DNA of 64,000 nt, taken from contig OZ024740.1 in the NCBI GenBank assembly GCA_964016885.1, forward strand, positions 195,300,001 through 195,364,000, read 5' to 3'. This document shows, piece after piece, positions 1-13,885 of this stretch (position 1 is its first letter; each line of letters begins with the position of its first letter). The notes beneath the pieces are model-generated. The model did not search any database. It was given only the letters and a program-made list of their open reading frames with translations, and had not been told where the DNA came from. The position numbers and the translations under genes are program-made. This DNA is from Eledone cirrhosa. Lineage: Eukaryota.

Positions 1-63
1 ACCCTAAGTATTGAGTACTTTGGTGTGTTATGGTCCACCTGGTTCCTTACCACTTTTCCTTCG

Positions 64-110
<47 letters not shown>

Positions 111-527
111 GGTGAGTTTTATTGTAGTACAATAAAGCAAAGCAGATATCGGATAAGTAGCACTCTACAGTTTGTAGGACTGGAGTATAAATAATATATA
201 AGATCAAAAGATGGTTAAAAGAGTTCCATGTATTTTATTATGCGCATTTCAAAAACAAATATCATCATGCAATAACATTTGCGTTTTTGTCAGATAAAAT
301 AGGGAGACATGATATGAAGGTTAAAACACACTTGTGAATAGTGCAGTTTTAAATCAACATATGTTGATTTAAAACTGCACTATTCACAAGTGTGTTTTAA
401 CCTTCATATCATGTCTCCCTATTTTATCTGACAAAAACGCAAATGTTATTGCATGATGATATTTGTTTTTGAAATGCGCATAATAAAATACATGGAACTC
501 TTTTAACCATCTTTTGATCTTATATAT
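111..527 (-). mobile_element. Penelope-like element 3' fragment with fold-back (perfect 167-bp-arm palindrome, 194-527)
   Basis: 194-360 is the exact reverse complement of 361-527 with no spacer (centre aaatcaacat|atgttgattt). (TA)n flanks both sides. It contains a decayed hammerhead tattttat-CTGACAA...GAAA-tgcgca-TA-ataaaata and is homologous to 1500-1630 and 41539-41962. Confidence 0.7.
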
Positions 528-1522
528 ATATATATATATACACACACCACCACTATCATCATCATTTTATGTCTGCTTTCCACATTGGCATGGGTCATTT
601 AGGTTGTCATGGTTCAGGAACTGATGGCCAAAAGTGGCCTCATCTTGCTCATATGTTCCATATTTGGTATGTTTTCTACAACTAAACACCTTTTCTAACA
701 CCAACATGCTTGTCCAAACTGAAGAGTCCTCTCAAATTTTATATTGTCTCTGTTCAATAGCCAAACACTTTATGTAGCTTCTGATCTCTCATCACATTTA
801 CTTTCAATGTTACACAACCTGTATTGGGAGACAGTTCTTTTCTATTCTGGCATATCACCAGTCACTTCAGCCCTGTGTCATCTCTTAACACTTAGCATTC
901 AAACCGGCCATAACTAGCTACTTATACTTATGTTAAGGTATTGTGTTCAAAATAAATAATATCAAAATCTCGTGTTTACTGTCAAAATACAATAGTTAAT
1001 ATAGAGTAATGAGGTTCAGTTTCTTGAAGCCATTCTTCACAACTTCATCTAATGTCTTCCTTGGTTTCTATTTTCCATGCTGATATGGGTTGGATGGATT
1101 ACATATACAGTAGAAGATATTTACTATAATCACAGATGTTATAAACTGGTTGTGGTTATCAAAGTTTGTGGTGCGCAAACTTTTTATTTAAAATTAATGA
1201 AAATGTTTAAGTAAACTGTTATCCAATCACAATAGTCACTACAGAAAAATCAAAAGAAAATGCCACTATCTGTAGAGATGTTAAAGGTGATGGATGGCTG
1301 TTGTAATGTGTGTATGTGTGCATGCACACTGATACACATGTATTGCAGAAATAATTGTGTAAATATGTCAATGAATGAGGGAACCAACACGCACACCTTT
1401 TGAATTATAGCAAAAGCTTCAGTGCATCATAGCACTTTAAACACGACACACACACACATATATATATATATACACATACATATATAAAGAAGAAATTAAA
1501 AGATGGTTAAAAAAGTTCCATA

Positions 1523-1592
1523 TATTTTATTATGCGCATTTCGAAAATAACATCATCCTGGGACAAAAATTGTGTTCTCATCAGATAAAATA
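1523..1592 (-). ncRNA. Minimal type I hammerhead ribozyme motif (Penelope-type)
   Basis: Minus strand reads tattttat CTGATGA gaac...tttc GAAA tgcgca TA ataaaata: 8-bp stem I, intact core, palindromic minimal stem III. It lies in a copy (about 1500-1630) of the repeat at 194-527. Confidence 0.75.
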
Positions 1593-2332
1593 AGGTAACA
1601 TGATATGAGGCCTAAAAACACTTGTGAACAAGAAAGTGTTCAGTCTACATATGACAAAAATATAAGAGAAGAGAAAAAAATAGGAAAAATTAAGAAAAGG
1701 AAAGAAGAAGGAAAAAGTGTATCTGATATATGCATAGTTTTATTGTTCTACAATATTACTCACCTCCTACACATACGTATATACATACACACATACACAC
1801 ATATATATATAAATACACACACACATATACATATATACACACACACATATATACACACATATATATATATACACACACACACATATATATATACACACAC
1901 ATATATATAAATATATATATACATACAATTAAAGGCAGTAAAATTAGATTAAAAATGATCATAAATGATGACCCGAAACACATTTCTTTTTATCATCAGC
2001 AGTTTCTCAAAAATTAAGAAATACATGAAAAGTAAAGACAAACAGATAAATATAGTAGTTAAAGAATTATTTGATCCAGTTTTCCAATCTTTCCTTTGGT
2101 AACTGTTTTTTTTTTCTTTTATGAATAAAGCATATAAAATGTTACATGTGCATAATACATAACTTAGTTTCAACATAAAGCAATATTTTTTTTTCGAAGA
2201 TAACATCAACATCATCAAAAGATTCTAGTTAACCTTGGCTGTAATTTTATGTTTCCTTCAGTAATCCCATGTTCTGAAACATCATCGTAATAATGGCAAC
2301 TATAAAATTATCATCGCTGTACAAGCAAAATA

Positions 2333-2401
<69 letters not shown>

Positions 2402-3666
2402 AGACAAAGCTAGCAGATACTATAAAGATGTTCAGAGAGAAAGATGTCTTGGGAAGCAGTTGTTTGATTTTTTTTGATTTTTATTTTACTTTGTTTTAGC
2501 TATTATAGTTATGACCATGCTGGAGCATTAGCTTGATATCGAGTAAATTCTTGAGAAACTAATTAATTTTTTCCCTGAGATAATTCAGTTGAAAACTTAT
2601 AAAATTTTGCATTTTGATCCATCCATTATCATAAAATCCTCAAATAAAACTTAAAGCGGAAAAATCAATAGCCTGGGATATGATTGACTCCAGCAAAAAT
2701 GGCCTAGGTTATCGCAGTTGGATGCAGTTTCAGTGAAAATATGTTGACGAAAAGCAATGACGAATTAAGAATGAACATAAAAAATCTAGGAACACTGCTG
2801 GCACAGAATGTAATCTACTAAAATGAAGAAATAATTCGCAAAGCAGCTTACCATCTACTAAAACTATGTCCGCATTCTCTGTTTTCAATGATGTTTTAAA
2901 TTTATATTACAACAGATAGCTTTGCAGTTTAGGTGCTAGATATATAAGATACCTCTGTCTCTAAATAAATCCTAAAGTAAATGGGGGACATGATGGTTAA
3001 CAAAATATAAATCAATAATATAAAAGAGAGGTTTACTGTTGCTGTAAATTTACAGTCAAAGGAATCTATACTAGCACATTACTGGTACTCATTTTATTGA
3101 CTGGATTGATACAAAGAAAAGTTATTTCCATGGGATTTGAACTCCAAGTTCTAATCTACTTTGCAGACTAAAGTAAATACTAAAAAGCATGCTGCTTGAT
3201 AATCTATTAGTTCGGCCAACTACACACCAGTGATAGCATTAAAATACAACTTTTCAAAGATTCCATTGAAACAGTTCTGTTTCTATAGTAGTGAAGCATA
3301 GACAATAACATAACACTATTCTGAAATACCATCAGTATGAAAAATAATAATTGGGTGAGCAAAAGTATATTTATTGCATGGAACATTAAGAAGTTAGAGG
3401 ATGATCAAATAGGCAGAGGGAGAAAAATATCAATAATCATTGACTAACATTTTGACACTGTGCTGAACATGCAGGCATGGTGGCTGTGTGGTTAAGGAGT
3501 TCACTACACAACTCTGTGGTTCTGAATTCAGTCACATAGTACAGCACCTCAGGCAAGTATCTTCTGACCAATGCCTTGTAAGTGGAATTTGGTAGGTGGA
3601 AACTGCAGGAGCTCATCGTGTGAGAGAGAGTCCCAGGTTCAATCAGGGGCAACTACAGTAAGATAC

Positions 3667-3776
3667 TGATGTGTGACTCTATATATAAGAGAGATTTGGA
3701 TATGTCTGGGGGTGGGGGTAGTGAGGAAGTGTTGAAGATTTAAAGGAATTAAAGCACACACACACGCACACACACA

Positions 3777-3822
<46 letters not shown>

Positions 3823-4120
3823 TACATACACACACTCACACACAGAAAATGGACAGCAAGATAATGGGTTGGGACTGCTGCTGGGCATTTTTTAAAGAGT
3901 TTAAGAAAAACATCCTGCCATTATATTCAGGTTGACTTTGCCTTTCATCCTTACGGGGTCGATAAAATAAAGTACCAGTAATGCACTGGGTAATTTGCTG
4001 GCCTTGTGCCTAAAGTAGAAACAATTATATTCATCAAAGGTCATTTATTGAAATGGAACACTCTTTAGAAAATGCCCAACAGCACTCCCAACCCATCATC
4101 TTGCTGTCACCATTCACCAT

Positions 4121-4164
<44 letters not shown>

Positions 4165-4267
4165 TTAATTCCTTTAAATCTTCAACACTTCTTCACTCCC
4201 ACACTTATTAACACCGCACCCCACCCCCAGACACATCCAAATCTCTCTTATATATAGTCACACATCA
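3667..4267. repeat. Long imperfect inverted repeat (arms about 3667-3900 and 4059-4267), each arm containing (CA)n
   Basis: gagagatttggatatgtctgggggtgggg...gaagtgttgaagatttaaaggaattaaagc(ac)n...gggcattttttaaagagt is mirrored at 4059-4267. The spacer holds a Nin-SINE fragment. Confidence 0.85.
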
Positions 4268-4415
4268 CAACACAACCTGATCTCAGTTTGACAATCGCCA
4301 CTGACAAATGCAAGAAAGTTCTCCAGGAAAGTTAACCAGGAATCTTTAAAAATCTTCCCACCGAAGTTAACATAGAACTTACTAGATCTACCAACTCATA
4401 ATATTATAAAATAAA

Positions 4416-4617
4416 GGCGGTGGATTGGCAGTATCGGGAGAGGGTCGGATGCTATGCTTTCCAGCATAGTTACGTCCCTTAAAGATCTGAGTTCAAATCC
4501 CGCCGAGGTTGACTTTGCCTTTCATCCTTACGGGGTCGATAAAATAAAGTACCAGGTAATTGCTGGTAAAAGCACTGGGTAATTGCTGGCATTGTGCCAA
4601 AAAGTAGAAACAATTAT
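4416..4617 (+). mobile_element. tRNA-derived SINE with Nin/Deu-type central domain
   Basis: A-box-like tggcagtatcgg, B-box gagttcaaatccc and core gactttgcctttcatccttacggggtcgataaaataaagtaccag. Further copies or fragments near 3930, 15070-15235, 16316-16738, 28560-28675, 33200-33450, 53407-53620 and 62958-63104. Confidence 0.85.
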
Positions 4618-4782
4618 AAAATAAAATAAAATTGTTTAGAACTACAAGTGAAATCATTCTTTCTCTTTTTTCAAATATACCTAACTGTACCAAGGATTTC
4701 ACACATTTTCCAATATATATATATATATATGGGGGGTATGTTAACATCTGTGGCAGTGTTATCTTGTAACTTAGTAGTTTGA

Positions 4783-4976
4783 CTATTGTATTTTGCAGTA
4801 AATACTTTACCTCACATAATTTTCTCACATAATACTGAATCTATCAGATTTTGATATTATTTATTTTGAGAACAATACCTTAACATCAGTATGAGTAACT
4901 AGTTATGGCTAGTTTGAACAGAAAGAGGTCAGAGAATACTGGCCAGATACAGCCGGTTTAAATGTTAAAAGGTTAA
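4783..4976 (-). mobile_element. piggyBac-like MITE copy (partial)
   Basis: Same family as 29096-29362; ends in aaatgttaaaaggttaa. Confidence 0.6.
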
Positions 4977-7900
4977 TGCTGCTCCAATGTTGTAACAATA
5001 TTGTATTAACAGTGCACAAATACTAAACCAATCTTGCCCCTATATTGCATTAACGTCATCTTAACAATGCCTGAATGTTGTATTAATATTTCCCCTATGC
5101 TGCATCAATATGTTCTCAATATGGCACCAATCCTGCTTCAATGCTGTCCTAATTTTATCCAAATACATCTCTGTTAACCGAATTTTGTCTCAAAGTTTCT
5201 TGAGTGGCCCAAATTTATGAAAATAAAATTGCATTACATAGAATAAAGTTCAATCGACAAGATCCCTGACCTCATTCACATACCTAGTGGGGTGGAACTC
5301 ATCAAATCAGACCAATGAATTGATCTTTCCATTGCTGATACTATCTAACAACTGTAGCCCCTAGCAGAAAACACATACAACAACAAAAGTGAGCCTAGGA
5401 GAAGTAATGAAGGAAAATTGTGAGATGGGTATAGGCAAGCAAAGAAACAGACCTCGTTCACATACTAAGTTGGGTGTAACTCATAAAATCAGACAAAGGA
5501 AACAATGTTTCCATTGGTCTTTCCATTACTGATACTCTCTGCCAATTGCAACTCTTAACAGAAAACATATACGAGAGCAAAATGAGCTTAGGAGTGGTAG
5601 TTAGGGAAGATGGGAATAGGCAAACAAGGAGACAGAATAGATAAATGCAGTGTTGCTACTCAAGTGGATATTGTCATTAAATGATTAGTCGCAGTCAGAC
5701 CAAATTAAATTTACTATCTTGTTCTTTTGTTCTTTTATTGGTTTGTAGAGGGAGTGTATTATATGATATCTCCTTGCCTTAATTAAGATAGCAAGATGTG
5801 ATTACAGTGAGATTTAGCTGCTGTTTCTAGCAGGCTGAATAACTATGTAATGGCTCACTTGTTGAATCATAAAAATTAGATTTTTAATTTTTTTTTTTTA
5901 TTGTTAACGTTTTTCTTTTCTTTTCTTTCTTGGGAAATGACAGAGAATTTTGGTTCATTAACTAATTTGACCAGCTTGTTAATGACAATAAATTATTATT
6001 TAATGACATTATAAATCATTGGATAATTGCTAGTCTGTTTTCCTGTAGTCTGTATTCTAGTCATTTGATCTAGGCTAAATAAATGACCAAAGTAGAAGTC
6101 AATTTTCTAATTAGTCCAGTGCTGAATCATTTTTTTTTCCTTTCCTCCCTTACTCACTTTTGCTGCCAAGTTAATACTTCAAGGGAATATATACTTTAAT
6201 TGCCTCATTCATCAAAAGGATACAAATGCATGAGTGTTTCATCAAAAGATCAACTATCATCTCCTCAGAACATGACAGTGTTTCCACAGGAGCATACTTA
6301 ATATAAGCATTGGTTATGCTTATAATGAGGTCAATAAAAAAAATTACCAGTTTAGTACTGGGGTCAATATTTCCTCTGTATCGCTTTCTCATTTTTGTTT
6401 AGTTACAGGACCATGCAAGCAAATGCTTATATTGAGTGTAACCTGCTTCCTGAGTTAGAGTATCTATATACATATTCTAGTTTAAAAATCTTATTTCAAA
6501 AGATAGAGGGTAAAATAACCAAAACATTATGACCATAACAGCCAAGATGAGGGCATTTGTTTGAATAAATGTATATAATATTGTCTCCAAGGTTAAAGAT
6601 TGTTTTCTTACACATGAACAATATTTTCAATTTATAGGGAGTTTTGTATTGTCTTGTTCTGTTGATGTTGCTGTTGTTATTGTTTCTTTCTACATCAATT
6701 GAGTTGATACAATTAATGTTTACCTTGAGGCCACCAAAAGCATTCTATTGAAGGGAGGGTTGAGATAAGTTTTTATTACAAGCTATGAGGATGAGACACA
6801 GCGCATATGATGAGAGGAGAACAAGTAGATACATAGAGCATTTGGGTACAGCTGATGCCCTTCTTCACATTAACCTATACTTGTATTTAGGTATGGTACT
6901 TTATTGCACTGGTCTTTGCATGTTGAAACACAAAAGCTGCTGCACAAGTTATGCCCAGCATAAACAAATGTCACCACAGCGAAAGGGGGTATCACTGTGA
7001 AGATATACACACATGCACACACACATGCATGCAAATATATCATGATGGGCTTCTGTATATTTCCTACCAACAAATTTTCATTCTATAGAAAAAAAGACAT
7101 CCCCAAGGTGCTACACAGTAAGATCAAATCAAAAACCACATAGTAGTAAAGTAAACATCTTAACCATGCAGTCATGTATGTGCCTGTGTTCATAAATATA
7201 ATTTAAATGATCCAACTAACTGAAGTTCCTTTTAAAATGTCTCCTTCAAACTATGTTAAAACTCAAATGAGAAGAAACATGAAGATATCTGAAAACAACA
7301 GCTATAAATGATATGTAGCATTAACACATAAAATCAGATTTGATATATACAAATAAAAATTTAGAATTTACAACTCCAAAAGACAGTAAAATGATTTCTG
7401 GGATAACAATGAAAGGAAATAAGAATGCATTAAAATGAATAGAAAATGTACAAAAGAGCGAAACTTTATACAAAAATTTCATATTGTTTTGTTTATTTTT
7501 TGTTTTTAATTTACAATAGAAAATGATATATTTGTTGTAAACAAAAAATATTTCATCTGTATTTATTTTCTATGTACAAATTATATTACATAATAAAACA
7601 ATGTTTCTGGGTGGGGGAAGGGCAGATTACTACACTGATTGTTTTTTGTCAAGCAGTTATGTAATTCAAACTAGTCAATAGCCTGAGCAAATTTCTTGTA
7701 GGGGAAAAAATCCTTTCCAAAACATACAAACCAATTTGATATTTTATTCTTTGTTTTCATCTCTCATTTGATAGTGTGGAGCAGGAGAGGGGAACCTTTG
7801 TATATTTGAAAGCCACATTGAATTAAGTGTAATGTAATAAAGCCACATAAAAGAAAATTGTTATTATATATTTATTTGCTGGCCTTGTGCCTAAAGTAGA

Positions 7901-8109
7901 AACAGTTATTAGATATATGAAACAATGAAATTAATTTTTTTGTGGAAATATAATTATAAATATTAAAGTAAGAAATAAAAATGTAAATTTGTTTTTATAA
8001 ATATTTTTCAGACAATTTAAAAGTATTAGAAAAAATATGATACTATATAATCAACAAAAATGTATTTATTCAAAACAAAGTTCAGGCTTCTTCCAGAAGC
8101 TGCACTTAC

Positions 8110-8194
8110 TGGTCTCAAAGGCTTTAAAGCCCTGTAGCCTAACATTTCCAAGCCCTGGTTTTGTTGGTCACAACCCATAGCTATGTTTAGCCTT
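8110..8194 (-). CDS. Candidate exon of an unidentified minus-strand gene (xRLNIAMGCDQQNQGLEMLGYRALKPLRP)
   Basis: Acceptor ctaactctctgtctaag and donor cca|gtaagt; frame open in phase 2. No homology recognised. Confidence 0.2.
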
Positions 8195-9276
8195 CTTAGA
8201 CAGAGAGTTAGTGAATTTAACCCTTTCATTACCATATTTTTCATGAAAGACACTGCCTATGATTTTCAAATAGTTTTCAAAATAATCAAGACTTTGGAGG
8301 GATTTAGTAATGTAACTAACTTTCTCATTATTAAGCTGGTTTGGGAAATACAGCATAACAGTTCTATAAAATTATGATGGGAATTTTTTAGATAAATATA
8401 AACACTTTAAAACAAACATTTTTGTATTGTAGAACCAGGCATAATTTAAGCACTTTTGTATCAAAAGGGTCATTGAACTTGATACACTTTTTCCAATAAA
8501 TCACCACTAGCACTTAATTTCCTAAGAATTATTCTAGTGATAAGGATGCTGGACTTATGATCATAAAGTTGTGGGTTTGATTCCTGGACAGGTTGTGTGT
8601 TGTGTTCTTGAGCAAAACACTTTATTTCACGTTGCTCTAGTATATTCAGCTGAAAAATGAGTACCAGCAATAGCTGGGGGTTTAACCCTGCAATGAACTG
8701 GCATCCAGTCCAGGGGAAAGTCTTGTACTTTCAGTCAACACCACAGAAATCGGGATAAGCTGCCAGGCTCAAGACTGATTTAAAGATTTTCAAATCATTC
8801 GTAGGTTGAGCAGCTATATTTCCCCTTCTGTTTAAATAATGTCACATTGGAAAAAGAATGGACATATTAGATAATGTAATTCTATATACACATAAAATAG
8901 TCAGATGGGCATGGCTAGAAAACCTTTAATTGCAGGTTTGCTTGATCAAAGCTGAACTGGGGCTACACAACAATAACTTTACTGCAGAACTAACAACACA
9001 TCACCACACTGCATCAAACCAGCACACTAAATCATAACACAACCAACCAAATAAGAAGCAACAAGAGAGTCCCTATGTGATCAATTGACATGCTAAAAAT
9101 AGCAGCCAAATCTCTCTCAAATCACACCTTACTGTTTAATGCAAATAGGAAAAAAATAGAATGGCCGCAGCTGCAATGACTTTGATCATAGGTCTGTTTA
9201 GTCAAGACAGGCCTGGGGCTAAAGAAAAACATCAACAATAAAAACTCATTGGTGGTGGCAGTAGTAGTAGTAGTAC

Positions 9277-9317
<41 letters not shown>

Positions 9318-9589
9318 ACAACAAAATACAAAGAATGTCTAAAATCAATTTTATATGAAATGTGTAAAATCATACTTTATAAATATACTTAACTGGTGCA
9401 AGATATAAAACAACAACAACAACAAAAACCTTATTTGAACACTATTTTAGGAATCCTATCAAGAGGATAACTCGTAAGATAAGTAAGCCATCTTTCTTGT
9501 GCAAGATTACAGAACGTGATTTGGATATCATCTCTAATATTTTCTTTCCTCTAATAACTTTAAAAACATCTTAAAGAAACAAAAACAGA

Positions 9590-9885
9590 GAGAGATATAT
9601 ATGGAGAGAGGGTGTGAGAGACATACTGAGAGATAGAGAGAGGGGGTGAGAGACATACTGAGAGATATACTGAGAGTTAGAGAGAGGGGGTTGAGAGATA
9701 TACTGAGAGTTAGAGAGAGAGGAGAGAGAGAAAGAGTGAAAGAGACATACTGAGAGATAGAAAGAGAGAGAGGGTGAGAGAGACTTATAGATAGATAGAG
9801 AGAGGGAGGAGGTGAGAGATATATTGGGAGACATACTGAGAGAGAGGGTGTGAGAGACATACTGAGAGAGAGGGGAGAGAGAAAG
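9590..9885. repeat. GA-rich minisatellite (about 30-bp unit gagagagggtgtgagagacatactgagagata)
   Basis: Repeated gagacatactgagag motif. Confidence 0.8.
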
Positions 9886-10879
9886 AGGAAGAGATAGATA
9901 AATAAAAAAACAAAAAGGAAAGAATGATGCCTAAAAGAAAAACGGTACATCTTACATCTACAAAAATAACACTGCTCACCTATCCTCCCTCACAACTAAA
10001 ACCAGAAAGAGAAGAAGAAAAATGTCTTATTCAGTTTACAAAATATATTGGTCAAAATCTCAGGTTTCATGTCGTCCATAGGGACACAATAGAGAAGACT
10101 ATGTCTACAGTCTATATAGAATATTTATTTAAAAAGTTGGTTTGTGGTTTTCCATCAAATATTTTCAAATTACACATAAGTAAAATAGAATGAAACAATC
10201 GAGAAGAACAAGAAAACAACAACAACAAATAAAGTATATCACAAAATGTTTTCTCTTGGGATTAATGATTTCTTTTCAGTTTTCCCTATCTTTTGTTTGT
10301 CACAAAATATAAAACAATATGATGCACACATACATACAAACACACACATATGTATCTGTGTGCATCTGTGTGTGTGTGTGTATGTGCACGTATGTGTGTG
10401 TCTGTGTGTGTGTGCTTGTGTGCATCCATGTGTGTGTGTGTGTGTGTGTCTGTGTGTGTGTGCATAAGCAAGGGCTTTGCTATGTAGTTCAGAAGATTGT
10501 TTTGCAATCATGAGGCTTGGGGTTTGATCTCCCAATATGGAGCCTTCAACAAATGTTTTCTTTTATAGCATCAGTCCAATCAATGCCTTATGAGTGAATT
10601 TGGTAAATGGTAATTGTGAAAAAAATCCATCATATATGTGTGTGTGTGTTTGTGTATATCACTGTGTGTGTGTGTATGCATGTATGTGTGTATATGTGTG
10701 TGTGTGTGTGTGTATCTATGTATGTATACATAATTGAGTGCACCTGTTTGTTCTGGTGTATATTAACATACAGAATACAGAAATATATTTAGAAAAATGG
10801 CAAAATTGTCCAATAATGGTATCTTATTTAAGTACAAGGCCAACAATTTTGGGGAGGTGACAGTTGATTAATTTGACCA

Positions 10880-11760
10880 TATTTGTGTGCATCTTCATAC
10901 CAATACTATTTAAAGCAATCCGTGATATTTGTTTATGTCCCATAGAAACAATATGCACTGCAATGTGGACTGTAGATGTTTTGTCATGTCACCAACACAA
11001 CCACTTTACAAGGAGTGTTAAGATGTGGTAGGTGTATGGAGTGTGAAGAGAAGATTTGATGCATACTAATATCCTCTAGATGTTTGCTTCATCCTGTGCA
11101 CATGGGAAGGCAAGTTTTTTGCAGTACTGCATATCACCAAAGATCTCAACCCTGTGTCCTTGCCTTTGAGACTTTTAGTTGAGCAAGGTCAGCTTTTATC
11201 ACTTTATCCTACATTTTCCTCTCCCATAGTTTCCTTCAACTTTGACAACCATGCATCTTTTTATACATATGTCATCCTCAAAACACATTACATGTCCACA
11301 CCACCACAATCTCCTCTCCTGCACACTCACTGCATCTGACCTCTCTTATGCCCAGTTTCTTTCTCAGTTCATTGACTGTTTATTTATATTACTATACTCA
11401 GTTCATTTCCTGTTTAAGTATATTACTATTACACATCCATCAGAGCATGCAAGCTTCAATTTCCATTGGTCCTCTGCTCGCAGAGCCCAGGTCTCACCTC
11501 CAAGCAGCAATACTGTTCATACACATGCACCATACAATCTGCTCTTGATTTTGAGGGAAAAACCTTTTGTAGTTACCAACAGTAGTAGCTCTCTGAACAC
11601 TGCTAATTTTGTCACCCAGGCAACAAAACCTGTCAAATACTTTTACAGATCCCTCTAAGCATTTAATAGAGATTGTTTCCTGTGAGCAGTTGCTACTTAC
11701 TGCTTTTGTGCACCAACCATATGTAAAACATACATTCTTTGCTTGTGTACCCATATTTCT
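10880..11760 (-). pseudogene. Old, degenerate RTE LINE fragment (RT C-terminal region)
   Basis: Minus-strand translation includes FCCLGDKISS and YGACV..VLLLGGETWAL-like segments that match the RTE ORF at 44794-47289; many disruptions. Confidence 0.75.
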
Positions 11761-12639
11761 CACAAGAAAAATCAACTGTGAACATCTCTCCATAGAAAAA
11801 ATATATAGTTCTCCTAAAAATTTACTGTGTAGTTTTACAATTAACAAATAACATTTAAATTTTTCTGCCATGTTACTGTGGACAGATATATATACAGATA
11901 CAGAGAGAGAAAGAGAGACAGATAGGAGAGAGACATATATAGAAATATAAAGAGACTGAGAGAAATATAGGAATAGAAACACATATATAGATAGAGGTAC
12001 AGAGAGAGAGGGACATAGAAACAGAGAGAAGGGAAGAGAGAGAAAGACAGATGTACAGAGAAAGTAGTTGCTTTTACTTATTCAATCTTCTTTCAATTAT
12101 ATAAATACTGTTCAAAAACATACTGCCCATTTTCCCAGCTAACCACCCCTACACACTACCATATTTCTAGACCAATCAAACAGTAGTAGCACCAAAATAT
12201 AATTTCAAACTCTATCCCTAGCATCATTACTATAAGGTAGAGTACTGTGTGCTTGGTGGATTGTATGGTGGTTAGACTACAAGGTTGGAGTATTTCTTCT
12301 TGGCATAAATCCATCACTTATCTGCAGGCGACCACGCAAACCATCTATATTTCAGACATGGAAAGCTGGCACCAATTCCTATACAAATACCACCTCCCTT
12401 CTCAATTATCCATCTTCTCCTCTCTACCGGCCATACACATCTCACATCTTAACACTCCCCCTTTCACCAGCTAAGTACCCCCACTTTAGACCTACCTCTC
12501 CAATCCCCATCCTGCATACAAACACAACACCCTACCTTAACCTTCCACATCTTATATACCTCTCTTGTATAACCCATGCATACAAGCATGGAAAGCTGGA
12601 TATGTTCTCTCACAATGAAGCTGAAATGGCTAAAACCTT

Positions 12640-13155
12640 TAGTCCATCTTGTAATGTGGTCATGCTGGTGACACAAAAGCCTCAAGTCAACCATGTAAGG
12701 TGGTCATGCTGGTGACATGATGAAAGAGCACCCAGTCTACCCTGTATGGTGGTCATGTTGGTGAAATGACAAAAAGCACCCAGTCTACCCTGTAAAGTGG
12801 TCATGTTGATGACACAACAAATAAGTACTCAGTCCAGCCTCTAAGGTGGTCATGTTGGGGACATGACAAAAAATACCTAGTCAATCCAGTAAGGTGGTCA
12901 TGTTGATGACATGACAAAAAGCACCCAGCCCACCCACCAAGGTGACCCTGTTGGTGACACAAAAAAAGCACCCAGTCGATGCTGTAAATATGGTTGGTGT
13001 TAGGAAGGGCATCCAGCCATAGAAACCAAGCCAGAAACAGTTCTGTATAAGCAAAACATGTCACCTGATCTGGCATGTCTAACAATGGGACAACTCGTCT
13101 AACCCATGCTAGTGTGCGAAATGGATGTTAAACGGTGACAATGAGGATGATGCTG
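12640..13155 (+). mobile_element. RTE 3' UTR/tail fragment with about 8 tandem ~44-bp units
   Basis: Repeated aaaagcacccagtc..ccctgtaaagtggtcatgttggtgacatgac, then ttaggaagggcatccagc...aacccatgctag...gatgatg as at the RTE 3' end (47330-47590). Confidence 0.8.
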
Positions 13156-13211
13156 ATATATATACATACATATATATATACATACATATATATATATATA
13201 CATACATATAC

Positions 13212-13278
<67 letters not shown>

Positions 13279-13541
13279 ACAGAGAGAGAGTGAAACACAT
13301 ACACAGACACAGTTATATATATATATATATTATATATATATAACTGTGTATGGGTGTGTGACTCACCCTCATACAAATATACATATACACACACATATAT
13401 ATATACCCTTGCTAGCAGGGAGAGTGAAAGGTAAACAATAATGGGAGCATATAGACATATAACTGGTAATTTAAAATTCAAAACTTCATTTTAACTCAAA
13501 TTTTCTTGACAACAATATATATAAATATATATATATATATA

Positions 13542-13835
13542 TTTCGTTTCTGAATTTGTTTAGCAAGATTCTTTATCTGAAAACGTGTGTTGAAACCGAT
13601 ATTGTTATGCTTTTTTTTTTTTGGGGGGGGGGGGGGGGGGGTCATTTTGCCAATAAGAAACACACGCACCAGTTGCTTTCACTTCAATTTATTATAAATT
13701 AAATTTATAAATTTCCGGTTGGTTCCACAACCAGACGATTGTTCATATATTGTCAACGTTCTTTCGTCACACATTCTGTGACCTCTTCGGTGACTGGGGA
13801 TTATTTTCTTTGTTTTTGTGCCTCTCCTTTGTTCT
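13542..13835 (-). mobile_element. Second, single-arm copy of the Penelope-like family at 20006-21280
   Basis: High similarity to the reverse complement of 20980-21280. Flanked by (TA)n. Hammerhead variant CCGAAGA-ggtcaca..tgtgac-GAAA at about 13752-13796. Confidence 0.8.
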
Positions 13836-13843
13836 CAAAGCAT

Positions 13844-13885
<42 letters not shown>

